Source of the DNA: Prorocentrum cordatum
Lineage: Eukaryota
Assembly (NCBI GenBank): GCA_963575745.1
Contig: CAUYUJ010000002.1
Span: 1,364,001-1,428,000 of the forward strand
DNA: 64,000 nt
Direction of reading: 5' to 3'
Of the stretch, positions 49,553 through 60,655 are shown piece after piece. The stretch's first letter is position 1. The number at the start of each line of letters is the position of its first letter. The notes below the pieces were generated by a model. The model was not told the DNA's origin. It saw nothing but the letters and a program-made list of their open reading frames with translations, and did no database searches. A program made the position numbers and the translations under genes.

Positions 49553-49571
49553 CGTAGCCATTTGGCTCAAG
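49551..49571 (+). other. Near-complete DinoSL at the 5' terminus of LINE-B
   Basis: TCCGTAGCCATTTGGCTCAAG is the 22-nt SL with one T missing from the T4 run; it lies 105 nt upstream of the ORF1 ATG. Confidence 0.93.
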
Positions 49572-49675
49572 ATGACGACCTGGGGGGCTGTCCAGCCTCC
49601 AGGCCGAAGGGAGACCTCTGGACCGAGGACAGTTCCCAGACGGGCGTCGGGCGCGCGCGCGGCACCGCTGCAGCC

Positions 49676-50935
49676 ATGGGGAGTGGCGGCGGCGGACGCG
49701 GGGCGGGCAGCGCCTGGTCGGGGACCCCGAATCGCCAGAGGGTTCCCCCGTGGAAGAGGAGCAGCAGTGGCAGTCGCCCTCCTCGCAGCAGCTACGTGGT
49801 GTGTGACGGGTGCAGCAGATGGCGCTACTGCAAGAATATCACCAGCAGGGGCGACCTCTGCATCTGCGGCAAGAACCTCGCCTGCCTCGTCCCCGACGGT
49901 CATGTCTTCCGTGACGACGATGGTGGGTGGCTGGCAGCACAGCCCCAAAGAGGAACCTCGCCCAGGATCAGCTGGGCAGATGGTTGGCAGCCAGGTGGTG
50001 GTGCAGGCGGGAAAGGGCAAGGAGGCCAACGCCAGCCACTCCCTCACGACAAGACTGTCGACCTCAAGGCTGCCGCCGCAGCAGCTTACAGCAAGCTCAG
50101 CAAGGACGACCCGCTCGGGCAGCACTACGAGGCCCTCTGGCCTGAGCTCGCCGCAGCTAAGCCACCAGCAGACCAACCAGTCGTTGGATTCAAGGAAGTG
50201 GAGGCAACTGCTCGACGCTTGGACAAACTCCAGAAGAAAGTACGATCGGCAGGGGAGCAAGTCGAGAGTGCCCAGCAGCACTTGGCTGAGAGTGAACGCA
50301 AGCTTCGTGAAGCCATGGAAGCCTCCACTGCAGCCGAAGATGAGTTCGACAAGCTCAAGGCCACAGTCGGCAAGCAAGAGGCCCCAGCTGAACCTGCAGC
50401 CGAGAAGCCAACGCTGGCAGCCCTCCTGGAGCAGTTCGAGCATGAGCCTGACGACTCCCACAAGTGGTCCGAGCCCGACAAGGAGGTCTGGCGAGCAGCG
50501 AAGGCCAAGGGCGAGCGCATGGCCCAGACGGTCAAGGAGCACGAGGAGGAGAAGGCGAAGCACCTGCGACTACTGGAGGAAGAGACGGCCAGGCACCAGG
50601 AGCAGCTGCGCCAGCTCGAGCAGGCCCGCACCAAGCGCCTGTCAAAGAGCGGAGTGCAAGACCCAGCAGCAGCAGAAGCCCCACCAGGCAAGCGAGTCTG
50701 CGCCGCCAGCCCAGCCCCTCAGCGAGGTGCCACCACATGCACTGAGGTAGCAGGGACAGCCGCCGCGGCTGCGCCCACCGGCGCCGCAGCAGCTGCCCAA
50801 CCAGAAGCAGCCGCGGCAGAACCTGACAAAGCAGAAGAACGCCGAGCCAGAGTGGAGGCCCACATCCAGGAGGCGCGAGAAGGTCTCGCTGGCAAGGCGC
50901 GCCGAGACAGTCGTCGACGCAGAAGGGCAAGGTGA
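49676..50935 (+). CDS. LINE-B ORF1 (C4 zinc-finger-like motif and coiled coils), intact frame
   Basis: MGSGGGG...VVCDGCSRW...LCICGK followed by heptad-rich segments. The track's start at 48446 is microsatellite read-through. Confidence 0.85.
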   Translation: MGSGGGGRGAGSAWSGTPNRQRVPPWKRSSSGSRPPRSSYVVCDGCSRWRYCKNITSRGDLCICGKNLACLVPDGHVFRDDDGGWLAAQPQRGTSPRISWADGWQPGGGAGGKGQGGQRQPLPHDKTVDLKAAAAAAYSKLSKDDPLGQHYEALWPELAAAKPPADQPVVGFKEVEATARRLDKLQKKVRSAGEQVESAQQHLAESERKLREAMEASTAAEDEFDKLKATVGKQEAPAEPAAEKPTLAALLEQFEHEPDDSHKWSEPDKEVWRAAKAKGERMAQTVKEHEEEKAKHLRLLEEETARHQEQLRQLEQARTKRLSKSGVQDPAAAEAPPGKRVCAASPAPQRGATTCTEVAGTAAAAAPTGAAAAAQPEAAAAEPDKAEERRARVEAHIQEAREGLAGKARRDSRRRRRAR

Positions 50936-53900
50936 CCACTCAGCAGGGTAGCCGCCCCAAGGCGAGCGCGAAGAAGGCTCGCCGCCCGCGTCGCATCGAC
51001 TTCTTCAACGTCACGACCTGGGGCCCCCAGGCACAGGGCTACCTCATGGAGATCAACAATGCCAAGGACAGGGACATCATTGGCATCGCGGAGCACCACC
51101 TCCGCCAGCCTGCGCAGATAAGCAAGGCAAGAGCGGCGCTCAGGAGGAATGGCATGCACAGCTACTGGACCAAGGCACGGCCAGGAGAAGGAGAAGGCAC
51201 TCGAGGAGGCACGTGTGCCATCACGCGAGGATCCTTGGACATCCAGGACAGGATCGCGGGTTTTGATGAGCACTACCTGCACGAGGACGGCAGTGACGTC
51301 ACGGTGGTGATCTCCAACCTGCACAACGTTCGTTTCGCAGTGGCCTTCGTCCACCTTGAGTGTGGGACGGGCTTTGGAGAGCGGAACGTCGACATCCTCT
51401 GCGACCTGCGGGAGAAGATGGCCGTCCGGGGAGGGCCCTGGGCAGCGCTTGGGGACTTCAACATGACGCCGTCGGAGCTCAGCAACAGCATTTGGCCCAG
51501 GGTGCTGAATGCTCAGGTAGCAGCGGCGGAGGATGGCGCCCCCGCATGTTCCCCAGCAGAAGGTGCAGCCAGGTGCATCGACTTCGCGCTGATCTCGCAG
51601 GGCCTGGCGCCGCATGTCGACCAGCTGGAGCTGCTCAGGACCGCGCCGTGGAAGCCGCGCATCGGCATCCGCTTGAAGCTGAAGGGGCGGCCTCTCATGC
51701 TCAAGGGCAGGGTGCTTCGCAGGCCAGCAGCCACAAAGCCGCCAGTCACAGTCGAGAGAATGCCGAAGTCCAGAGCCGCTTGCAGACGAGCGGCGCGCGG
51801 AGGCCAGGAGGCCATGCGCCGACGTCAGCAAGCGCCGGCAGAGGCAGGATGCGACCTGGACGAGAACGACATGGAGCCAGTGCCGCAGCTGCACTACGAC
51901 AAGGAGGTCCAGCACGTCATCCCTGACGAGCTGTGGCAGGCCACCTCCGAGCGGGTCAGCGCGCGCGCCTACGACGAGTTGCCCCAGCACTTGCAGCACA
52001 CAGTCGTCGGCAAGATGATGGAGCGGGACATGCTGGACCTGGGGCAACAGTACGACCGCTTCGCAAGCACCCTCGAGCTCAGCCTGCGCGAGAGCATCGG
52101 CATCCCAGAGGAAGAGCGTGGACGACATCTCGGGCACAGCCGGCCCCCGAGCTACAAGAGCGCGAGCATCAAGGACACCGTCACCTCTACGCCATGGGCA
52201 GGGGTCGAGAGGAAGATCCACGCGTGGTGGGCGGAGACCTCCTCCTTGGCGCGGCAGCTCTCGCACCATGATGCCCGAGCGCAGGAGGCAGCAGCAAGTC
52301 GACAGGGCAAGACCCAGGCACTTCCCGATGAGGACTCAGGAGGTGGACAGGGCCCGTCGGCGCCTGAGCTTGGCCCCGTCATGTCTGACAGCCAGGTAGG
52401 CCACGAAGACGGGGTTCCCGCACCAGCCATGAGCCCATCGAAGAGCTCGGGAGGAAGCTCGGTGGATCGCGCCCCCACCGAGCGGGGTGAGGGCCCCCCC
52501 GAGCTGCAGCAGCGGCGCGCAGGCAGTGGTGGCGCAGCTGGAAGCGGCGGCAGTAGCACCAAGGACATCGCGAATCAGCCAGCACTTGAGGAGGTCCCCC
52601 CTCCTCAGGCTGAGGTCCAGGAGCTCACAGAGGGGCCGGCCCAAGAGAGCCCAGAGCGACCCTGGTTCAGCCCGGCATCGCCGCCAAAGGACGCGCCCTG
52701 GACCTCCGAGACGGGAACAGCGTTACAAGAGATGAGGGCGAGGCGGCCCGGCCTAGAGAAAGAGGCAGGCCCCTCCTCACTCTCCTCGGGGTACCCATCC
52801 CCCACACAGACGAGCGCAGCTGACCATGGGAAGGCAGCTGGCCCCTGCTCTGAGATGGGTCAGGGGCTCCCGCCCCCCAAGTGCGCCGCCGCGGGACGCG
52901 TCCCAGACCTCGACGTGGGACCAACCCACAGCAGCGCAGACAGCTGCACAGAAGGGATTCAGAGGGGTGCCCTTCCCCCACCAGCAGGACGCAACACCAT
53001 GGACATCCAAGATCACGACCCCTTCGAGGATGAGGAGGACTACTTAGAGTGCCGCCAGGAGATCGCAGACCAGGAGAACAGCGACGGGTACCACCAGCAC
53101 AACGAGGGGCAGCAGGACAGCCTCGAGTTCGGCCAGACCGTTCGCCGTCGTGCAGCTGGATCTGCCTTTCCCCCACCAGCAGGACGCAGCACCATGGACG
53201 TCCAAGACCACGACCCCTTCGAGGATGAGGAGGACTGCTTGGAGCATCGCCAGGAGACCGCAGATCAGGAGGACTGCGACGGGCACCACCAGCTCATCGA
53301 GGGGCAGCAGGACAGCATCGACTACGGCCAGACCGTTCGTCGCCATGCAGCTGGGTCTGGTAAAACTGCCCCAGGTGACACGCACTGCTCACCTTCTCAG
53401 CCAGCTGACACTCTGGAGGCAGAGGGTACCGATCACCTGGGGAATCAGAACCAAGCGCCGCCAGGCCCAGAGGCAGAGGAGCCACGTGATATGGGCCTGC
53501 CCCCACCAGACCTCTGGAATGATGACCAGCACCAGCGGGAGCGGGAAGACTACGTGGCCATGAGAGACGACTTGGAGTACTGGGCGGCCATCTGGATGGA
53601 TAACCTGGTGCAGCTCCCCACGGACAACAGCAACTGGATGCAGATCTGCGTGCCGCTCCTGGAGACCATCTTGGGTGGCGGAGGCAACAATGGCATGGTG
53701 AGACTGCTCAGGTGTAGTTACCAGCAGGCCGGCCTCAGCCACATCATCAGGGACCTCTGCGAGCGAGCATGGAGACATGCAGAACCACGACGCCGAGGCT
53801 TTCTCCAAGGTCTTACGCGAGAGGAGCCGACGAGGAGGCGCGAATTGGAAATGATGCATTGGAGGGAGCTTGCTAACCTGCGGAGGTTTATGCGAGAAGT

Positions 53901-56900
53901 TATTGGCGAACGAGCACCAGAAGGAGCAGCGCGAAGACAACTACATGATGCTCCAGGAGCAGGCAGTGGCCCGAGTAGCCGCCGAGATCTGCAGGTCCGC
54001 ACCCACAGCGGCCACCAGACGCAGCAGCAGATCAACACAAGACGGCAGCTCGCACAGCAGCTCAACCAGCCTGACCCAGGCAGGCTGAACGAAGAAGGTG
54101 CAGCAAAGGACCAGCAGCAGGCCCTCCTCACAGACCTGCACGCGATAGCAGAGGGCGCGCTCGTGGACCCAGGGACGATCAGCAGGGTAGCAGAGGAGGT
54201 AAGGAGCATGGCCAAGCTACTCACACAAGCGGTGAAGAAGGCGTACATCCACTGGGTGCACGACGCCACGGCAGGCAGTGCGAAGATGGCCCACGCCTAC
54301 ACCAAGGCAGCGGAGCGCAGCCACCTGGAGGACATCCTTGAGCACGAGGGCCAGGTCATCAACCACCCGCAGCAGCTGGTGGACTTGCGCAAAGAGGCAT
54401 GGCAACGCAGGTGGACACGAGATGCACAGAAGGCCGAGAGGATCCAAGAGGCGCTGGCCAAGCTGAGGCAGGCTGCCTTGGCCCAAGAGAATGCCCTCGA
54501 GCCCATCAGCAAGGACATCATCGGCTCCATCATCCAGCACCTGAAGCGCAATGCTGGCCAAAGAGCGGACTGGTGGAGGGCGCCAGAGCTCAAGGCCATG
54601 GGCGCCCAGGGGCTGGAAGACTTCGTGCAGTGCCTGACCAGCTGTGAGCAACGGGCAGCGTGGCCGTGGCAATTCTACTTGGTGCTGGAGCTGCTGCTGG
54701 GCAAGAAGCCAGGAATCGGCGGTGAGCGCCCCATCGGCCTCATGCCCATGCCGTACCGCACCTGGAGCGCAGCCAGGAGGCCCATAGTAGCCACCTGGAG
54801 CAAGGCAGCGGCGGGCTTCTGGGACACGGCAGTAGCTGGCTCCTCAGCGCTACGAGTGGCACTGCACAGACTGATGAGGGCAGAAGCCGCCACGGAGATG
54901 GGCTTTCATGCAGCAGGAGTCTTCTACGACGCGGTAAACTTCTACGACAACATAGGCCTCGACCAGCTGATCGAGAAGGCCAGCGCCCTCCAGTGCCCGT
55001 TGCTGCCGCTGGCAATGGCCGTGCAGATGTACCTTGCGCCCAGGGCCATCATGGCCCACAGCCTCTTCTCGGACATCTTCGAGCCTGCCAACAGCATGGT
55101 AGCCGGCTGTGGCCAAGCGGTCGGCCTCACCAGACCGCTCTTGCATGGCATCCTGGATGCAGCGCACAGGCACCACATCTTCGTCGTCATGCAGCAGTAC
55201 CTGGACGACCTGGCCCTGCAGGTAGAGGGTGCGCGGCGGCAGGTCATTGACCAGATCAAGTGCGTGGTAGCGCTGGTGCACGATGGATTCAAGCAGCTCT
55301 CGATACCCATCTCCGTCAAGACGGCAGTGGTGGCCTCGGACAAGGACCTCCAGGCTGAAGTCGCCAGCATCCTGGACAGCCTGGGCACCCCCAACAAGCA
55401 ACCAGGTGTAGCGCGCGACCTCGGCGTGGACACCAGCCTCGGCAAGCAGCTGCGGCGACCCACCCATGCCGCGCACCAGGCCAAGGCCAAGCAGAGGGTG
55501 GCCAAGCTCAAGGACCTAGCGAAGACGGACGCCAGAGGCGCGGCAAAGGTCTATTCAGCAGGGGCCTACTGCCAGCAGGCCTGGGACTTACCAGCGCACG
55601 GCATCACGCCCACGGAGGCGAAGTCGGTCAGGGCTACGGAGGCAGCGCTCCTCACAGGCGGACACAAGGCTGGACGCTGCACGTCCACCATCCCCCTGAT
55701 CCAGAGGGGAATGCAAGAGGCGGTAACCCGAGCCATCGGCGACCAGATCAAGCAGTTCTGGCTCACCATAGTCGACCACCCGACGGAGCTCAAGAGGTAC
55801 CAGAGAGGCTGGCTCCTGCTCTACGCCAAGCTGGACGCCCTGGAACCCAACCGCAGGTGGCAGCAGGTCAAGGGGCCTATGGCAGGGGCCATCGCGCAGC
55901 TGCTTGGGTTAGGCTGGACACCGCGACGCCTGGACAGCTGGATCAGCCCAGCAGGTGACGAGTGGGCCTACAAGCCAGATGACATTCCTCATATCGGCGC
56001 GCTCCTGCATGAAGTCCAGCAGAGCGCGCAGCAGCAGCTCTGGCAGCAGGCAGCTGGCCATCGCTGTGGAGAAGGACTACAGGCTGGAGGCGACCTCTAT
56101 CAGCTGCAGCGCCACCTGAGGAGGAGGAGGCGCAAAGGACAGCATGCAGAGGCAGCCATGCTGGAGACCATAGCGGTGGCGGGCATCTGGACCAGGGAGC
56201 GTCGCAGGGCGGCCAACCTCAACCAAGAAGGCGACGACACCTGCGCGAGATGCGGCGAGGCGATAGAGACAGAGGAACACCGCTACTATACTACGCATGC
56301 CCTGCCAACGCAGAGATAAGGCACAGCAATGACACCGACCTGGCGAAGAAGGCGAAAGACGCGCTGGACCAGCGGCAAGACCTGCACTTCTGGCTCCGTG
56401 GCATCCCGCCAGCGGCCTGGGCAGCCAAGGTCGACCCAGACGAGGACGCGGCGAAGGCGGCGCAGATCTTCTGAACCAGCGAAGAGGCTCAGGCCGCAGC
56501 CCAGTCAGGGCACAAGGTTCGAGCAGACTATGTCGTCACGGACGGCTCAGGTGGTGCAGGGGCAACGGCCAAGGACCCCCGCCTCAGACGCTGCGGCTGG
56601 GCAGTGGTGGCCTTCAGGTTCGACGAGCACGGACGCCCGCAGGAAGTGGCCGCCTGGTACGGCACGATCAAGGCGCAGCACACGGTGCCACGGGCAGGGC
56701 TCACCGCCATGAGCAGAGCCATCGGGTACACCACGGCGGCGACAGCCAGGGGGCTCAACATAGTCAGCGATTGCAAGTACGCCCTGGACGCACTCAAGCA
56801 GATCCAGGATCCTGAGGACCTGGACTACAGGAGCACGAACTACGACCTCTGGCTCCAGACAAAGCAACAGCTGCAGAACAGCACGGACACCATCACGGGC

Positions 56901-59735
56901 CACCACATCCCAAGCCACCTGATCGAGCACCCAGCCGAGCTGGAGAGGTGGGATGGTCCAACCTGGTGGGTCATAGGAAACGAGATGGCAGACAAGTACG
57001 CAGGCTGGGGAGCGGAGCATGGAGCACTGGATCCAGCTATCATCGCGCAGCAGCAGATCAGGGACCAGACCACCACGGCGGTGCAAAACCGGCTGCTGGC
57101 CATCAACATGGCGGTGACGGTGGAGGACCCCAACAAGGCCCCTCAGCGCCCCAAGGCCAAGCGCCGAAAGCCGCAGACGGCGAGGGACAGGGCAGCCAAG
57201 CTGGGACACGACTTGCGCAAGCTAAATCCGCGACGGTGGTGTGCAACGTGTCGCAGTGGCCCAGCCAAAGGACAAAGCATCAGAGACTGGCTGGCAGAGA
57301 CGGGAGAATGCCTCGGGAAGTACGGCGGCCACCAGGACCAGCACGGCAACGTCAGGCTTGACTTCGAGGCGGCGCAGATCGGCACGCAGGTGGTGCACGT
57401 CCCCCACAAGACGCAGTTCTCCCATGGCTGGCTCTGGTGCGAGAAATGTGGCGGCACCAGCTACCTCGGGGACCACAAGGGCAGGATCGTGGCAGGAGTG
57501 GCAAGGAAGCTGGCCAGGCCATGTCAGCCCCCAACAGCAGCAGGGCGTCGGGTCTTGGCGGACATGCAGAGGGGCAAGCTGCCAAGAGGAGCTAAGCCAG
57601 CAGCAGACCCAGCTGATGAGGGTCTCAACGAGAGCACCATGCCTGGTGATTTCAAGCTCGGCCTGAGTAACCACGAGGCGATCGACCTGGACGGGGACAG
57701 CTCAGAGGCAGGGGACCCGCAGCCAGCTCCACACCAGCCACCCAGCCATCCGCACTCTGTCGTCCAAGCCAGCTGGAGGCTCGTGGACCACATGGAGGGC
57801 TACGCGGAGCAGTGGATGAACATGGTCGACCAAGAGGTCCGGGACGACATGGACGACTGGATGGAGCACTGCGCACCGCACCTCCTGGCCATCACCAATG
57901 TGGGGGGCAGAACGGACACGCAAGAGCAGACCAGGGCCGTCACCGCGCAGGAGCTTCAGCAGATCAAGGACTTCTGCGAAGAAGTCTGGCGCAACACGCA
58001 CCGCACGCGACGGAGGCCCATGACCAGGATGCTTACCCTCCCGCACGGTACAAGGCAGCAGGCAGCAAGAGTGCACATGGACGCCTTCCAGAACAGAAGG
58101 AACAACATCCTTGCGCACAGCATCCCCAGCAGCGAGCGCAGGCCGCTGCCGAGAACAGCGGAGGCCAGCCGAGAGCGGTCACCAGAGAACCTGGACGATG
58201 ATGACTCGACCCCAGACAGTGAAGCCCCAGAGCTGGAGGGCGAGCCGAGCGACCAGGAGATGGAGACCATGGCAGGACCTGATCGGAGGCACGACGCCAA
58301 CAGCCTGATGCAGACGGCCGTGCAGGTGGCAGTAACGCTGACCAAGCCAGTGGGGCCCGACCTGATGAAGTTCGTGAGCGAAGCAGATGAGGCCGGCCTG
58401 CTCCACCCAAGGCTTCGACACAACAAAGGAGAAGCTGACCAGGACCCCGAGCAGGAGGTGGCGTGGCTCGAGAGGAACAGGCTTGAGCAGCTCATGCAGT
58501 CGCTGGCAGGCTGCTGGATCCAGAAAGAGGGCGAGCAGGGTTGGCCATCGTGGCAGGCCGCGCGCGTGCCCCATGTGCTGAGGGCGCTGCAGACTGGCGT
58601 CTACCAGAGGCTGTTCAGCAACGTGTCAGGGCCGAGCCGCCAGCGCAGCCAGCGCCGAGCGGCGGAGGAGATCTGCCGCCTGGCATGGCTCAACAGCGGA
58701 GAGGCGCGCAGGCAGATCCAGCAGCAGGACCCGAAGGAGGCAGAGCGGCGCAGAGCAATGGCTGAGCAGCTCCTGGGCGAGACTGAGCCAGCGGTGAGGG
58801 GCCGCAGCCCGCGACCGCAAGCAGCAGTGCGAGAACCAAGCAGGGCTCCAGCCAGACAGCCGAGGAGGGGCCCAGAGGCCAGGGCCACCAGCAGCCCCGC
58901 CGAGCTGCGCACGGCAACGCCAGCGCCCGAGCTCGAGAGGCCCAAGGGACCCAGGGTACCGCAGCCAGAGCGGCCCCTGGAGGCGGGAAGGGCGGAGGAG
59001 CGGCAGAAACCCTCCAGCAGGCCCCTGTGCGGAGAGGGGGCAGGCCACCATGGACCCCTGCGCGGCGAGGGGGTAGGCCGCAGAGGACCCCAGCGTGGCG
59101 AGGGGTTAGGCCACAGCCCTGCGCCAGACGGGATGAAGAGGGGTGCCCGTCCCCCACCAGCAGGAAGGAGCAACATGGACAGGGCAGACCTCGACCACTT
59201 CCTTGAAGAGGAGAACAGCGAGGATTGCCTCCAGCAGCCCGTAGACAAGCAGGACAGCGATGACAACCACCAGCAGATCCCAGAGGTACAGCACAGCATA
59301 GGGTACCACCTGGCAGACCGCAGAGGACCCCAGCGCGGCGAGGGGTTAGGCCACGGAGGACCCCAGCGCGGTGAGGGGTTAGACCGCAGCAGACCCCAGC
59401 ATGGTGAGGGTTTCGGCCAGGAAGGGCCCCAGCACGGCGAAGAGGCAGACCGCAGAGGACCCCCGCGTGGCGAGGGGTTAGGCCACAGAACTGCGCAGCC
59501 CGAGACGACGGCAGACTACGACGACACAGACCTGCAGCGGGACCTGGAGAAGTTTTTCGGCGACCTTCCCCAGCGCGGTGAGGGGTTAGACCGCGTGGAA
59601 CCCCTGCGCGGCGAGGGGTTCGGCCACAGCAACCCCCTGCGCGGTGAGGGGGTAGACCGCTGTGCCACAAGCAAGCAGAGGCTCGAGGCGGAGGTCCCTG
59701 ACGGGCCGCCCAGTGAGCATGACGCTGACTTTTGA
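50932..59735 (+). pseudogene. LINE-B ORF2, very long; lightly decayed
   Basis: APE: FFNVT, IAEHH, GDFN, CIDF; KPR stands where LINE-A has SPH. RT: ERPIGL, FYDAVNFYDNI, MVAGC, YLDD. CARC-x8-H-x4-C is broken by a 5-nt TACTA duplication near 56284. In-frame TGA at 56472-56474. RNase H: VTDGS, PRAG (expected E), VSDC, PSH, GNEMAD. Confidence 0.92.
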
Positions 59736-60655
59736 CCAACAGTGTGGTAGATAGGACCTCGCAACTAACAGAGCGGACCCATACCCTGGGAAACCGACAG
59801 GCTGAACGCGAGGGGGAGGGCTTGGCCCGCGGATACCACGTGAACTGCGAACACAGCGAGCGGCATAGTCGGGGGACCTCGCCCAAGCCAGTGGGCAGTA
59901 GCATCGAGGATGGGGACAGTGCGAGACTCGGCGTTCCCCCGCGCGGCGAGGGGTTAGACCGCAGCAGGCCCCAGCGTGGCGAGGGGTTAGGCCACGGAGT
60001 ACCCCAGCGCGGTGAGGGGTTAGACCGCAACGATCCCCAGCGTGGCGAGGGGTTAGGCCACGGCGGACCCCATAGTGGTGAAGGGTTAGACCTCAGCAGG
60101 CCCCTGCGCGGCGAGGGGTTAGGCCACACGGGACCCCAGCGCGGTGAGGGGTTAGACCGCAACAGGCCCCTGCTTGGCGAGGGGTTAGGCCACGGAGCAC
60201 CCCAGCGCGGTGAAGGGTTAGACCGCAGCAACCCCCAGCGTGGCGAGGGGTTGGGCCACGATTTTCCCCAGCGCGGTGAGGGGTTAGACCGCACCGACCC
60301 CCAGTGTGGCGAGGGGTCAGGCCACGACGGGCCCCAGCGCGGTGAGGGGTTAGACCGCAACAGGCCCCTGCGCGGCGAGGGGTTAGGCCACCACGGAGCA
60401 CCCCAGCGCGGCGAGGGGCCAGACCGCAGCAGGCCCCAGCGCGGCGAGGGGTTAGGCCACGGAGGACCCCTGCGCGGCGAGGGGCTAGGCCGCAGTGCAC
60501 CCCAGCGTGGCGAGGGGTTAGGCCACAACCCTGCGCCAGGCAAGGCGGCCGTGAAGGCGCACGAGTCCAGGGACCAGCGGCCAGGGCGGTCCCTGGAAGA
60601 GCGCAGAGCGGAGCAGCGGCTGCGGCCGTCCATCAGGCTGCTCCTCAAGCTCTGA
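59732..60655 (+). CDS. LINE-B terminal reading frame of 11-aa PQRGEGL repeats (frameshifted ORF2 tail or ORF3)
   Basis: Stop-free 307 codons with the same repeat as the end of ORF2; overlaps the ORF2 stop (TTTTGACC). Confidence 0.6.
   Translation: MTNSVVDRTSQLTERTHTLGNRQAEREGEGLARGYHVNCEHSERHSRGTSPKPVGSSIEDGDSARLGVPPRGEGLDRSRPQRGEGLGHGVPQRGEGLDRNDPQRGEGLGHGGPHSGEGLDLSRPLRGEGLGHTGPQRGEGLDRNRPLLGEGLGHGAPQRGEGLDRSNPQRGEGLGHDFPQRGEGLDRTDPQCGEGSGHDGPQRGEGLDRNRPLRGEGLGHHGAPQRGEGPDRSRPQRGEGLGHGGPLRGEGLGRSAPQRGEGLGHNPAPGKAAVKAHESRDQRPGRSLEERRAEQRLRPSIRLLLKL
59936..60532 (+). repeat. 33-bp coding minisatellite, 18 units, mostly alternating DR/GH variants
   Basis: CCCCAGCG(C/T)GG(C/T)GAGGGGTTAG(A/G)CC(G/A)C plus 6 variable nt; 11 further units lie in three clusters within 59022-59665. 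Confidence 0.95.

Noticed and set aside
48446..49675. N-terminal 410 aa of the 829-aa ORF
   Set aside because: Microsatellite and UTR read-through; the SL at 49551 and the ATG at 49676 define the real ORF1.
59936..60532. CRISPR-like array
   Set aside because: The variable part is only about 6 nt, the units are in-frame coding repeats, there are no cas genes, and the context is eukaryotic.
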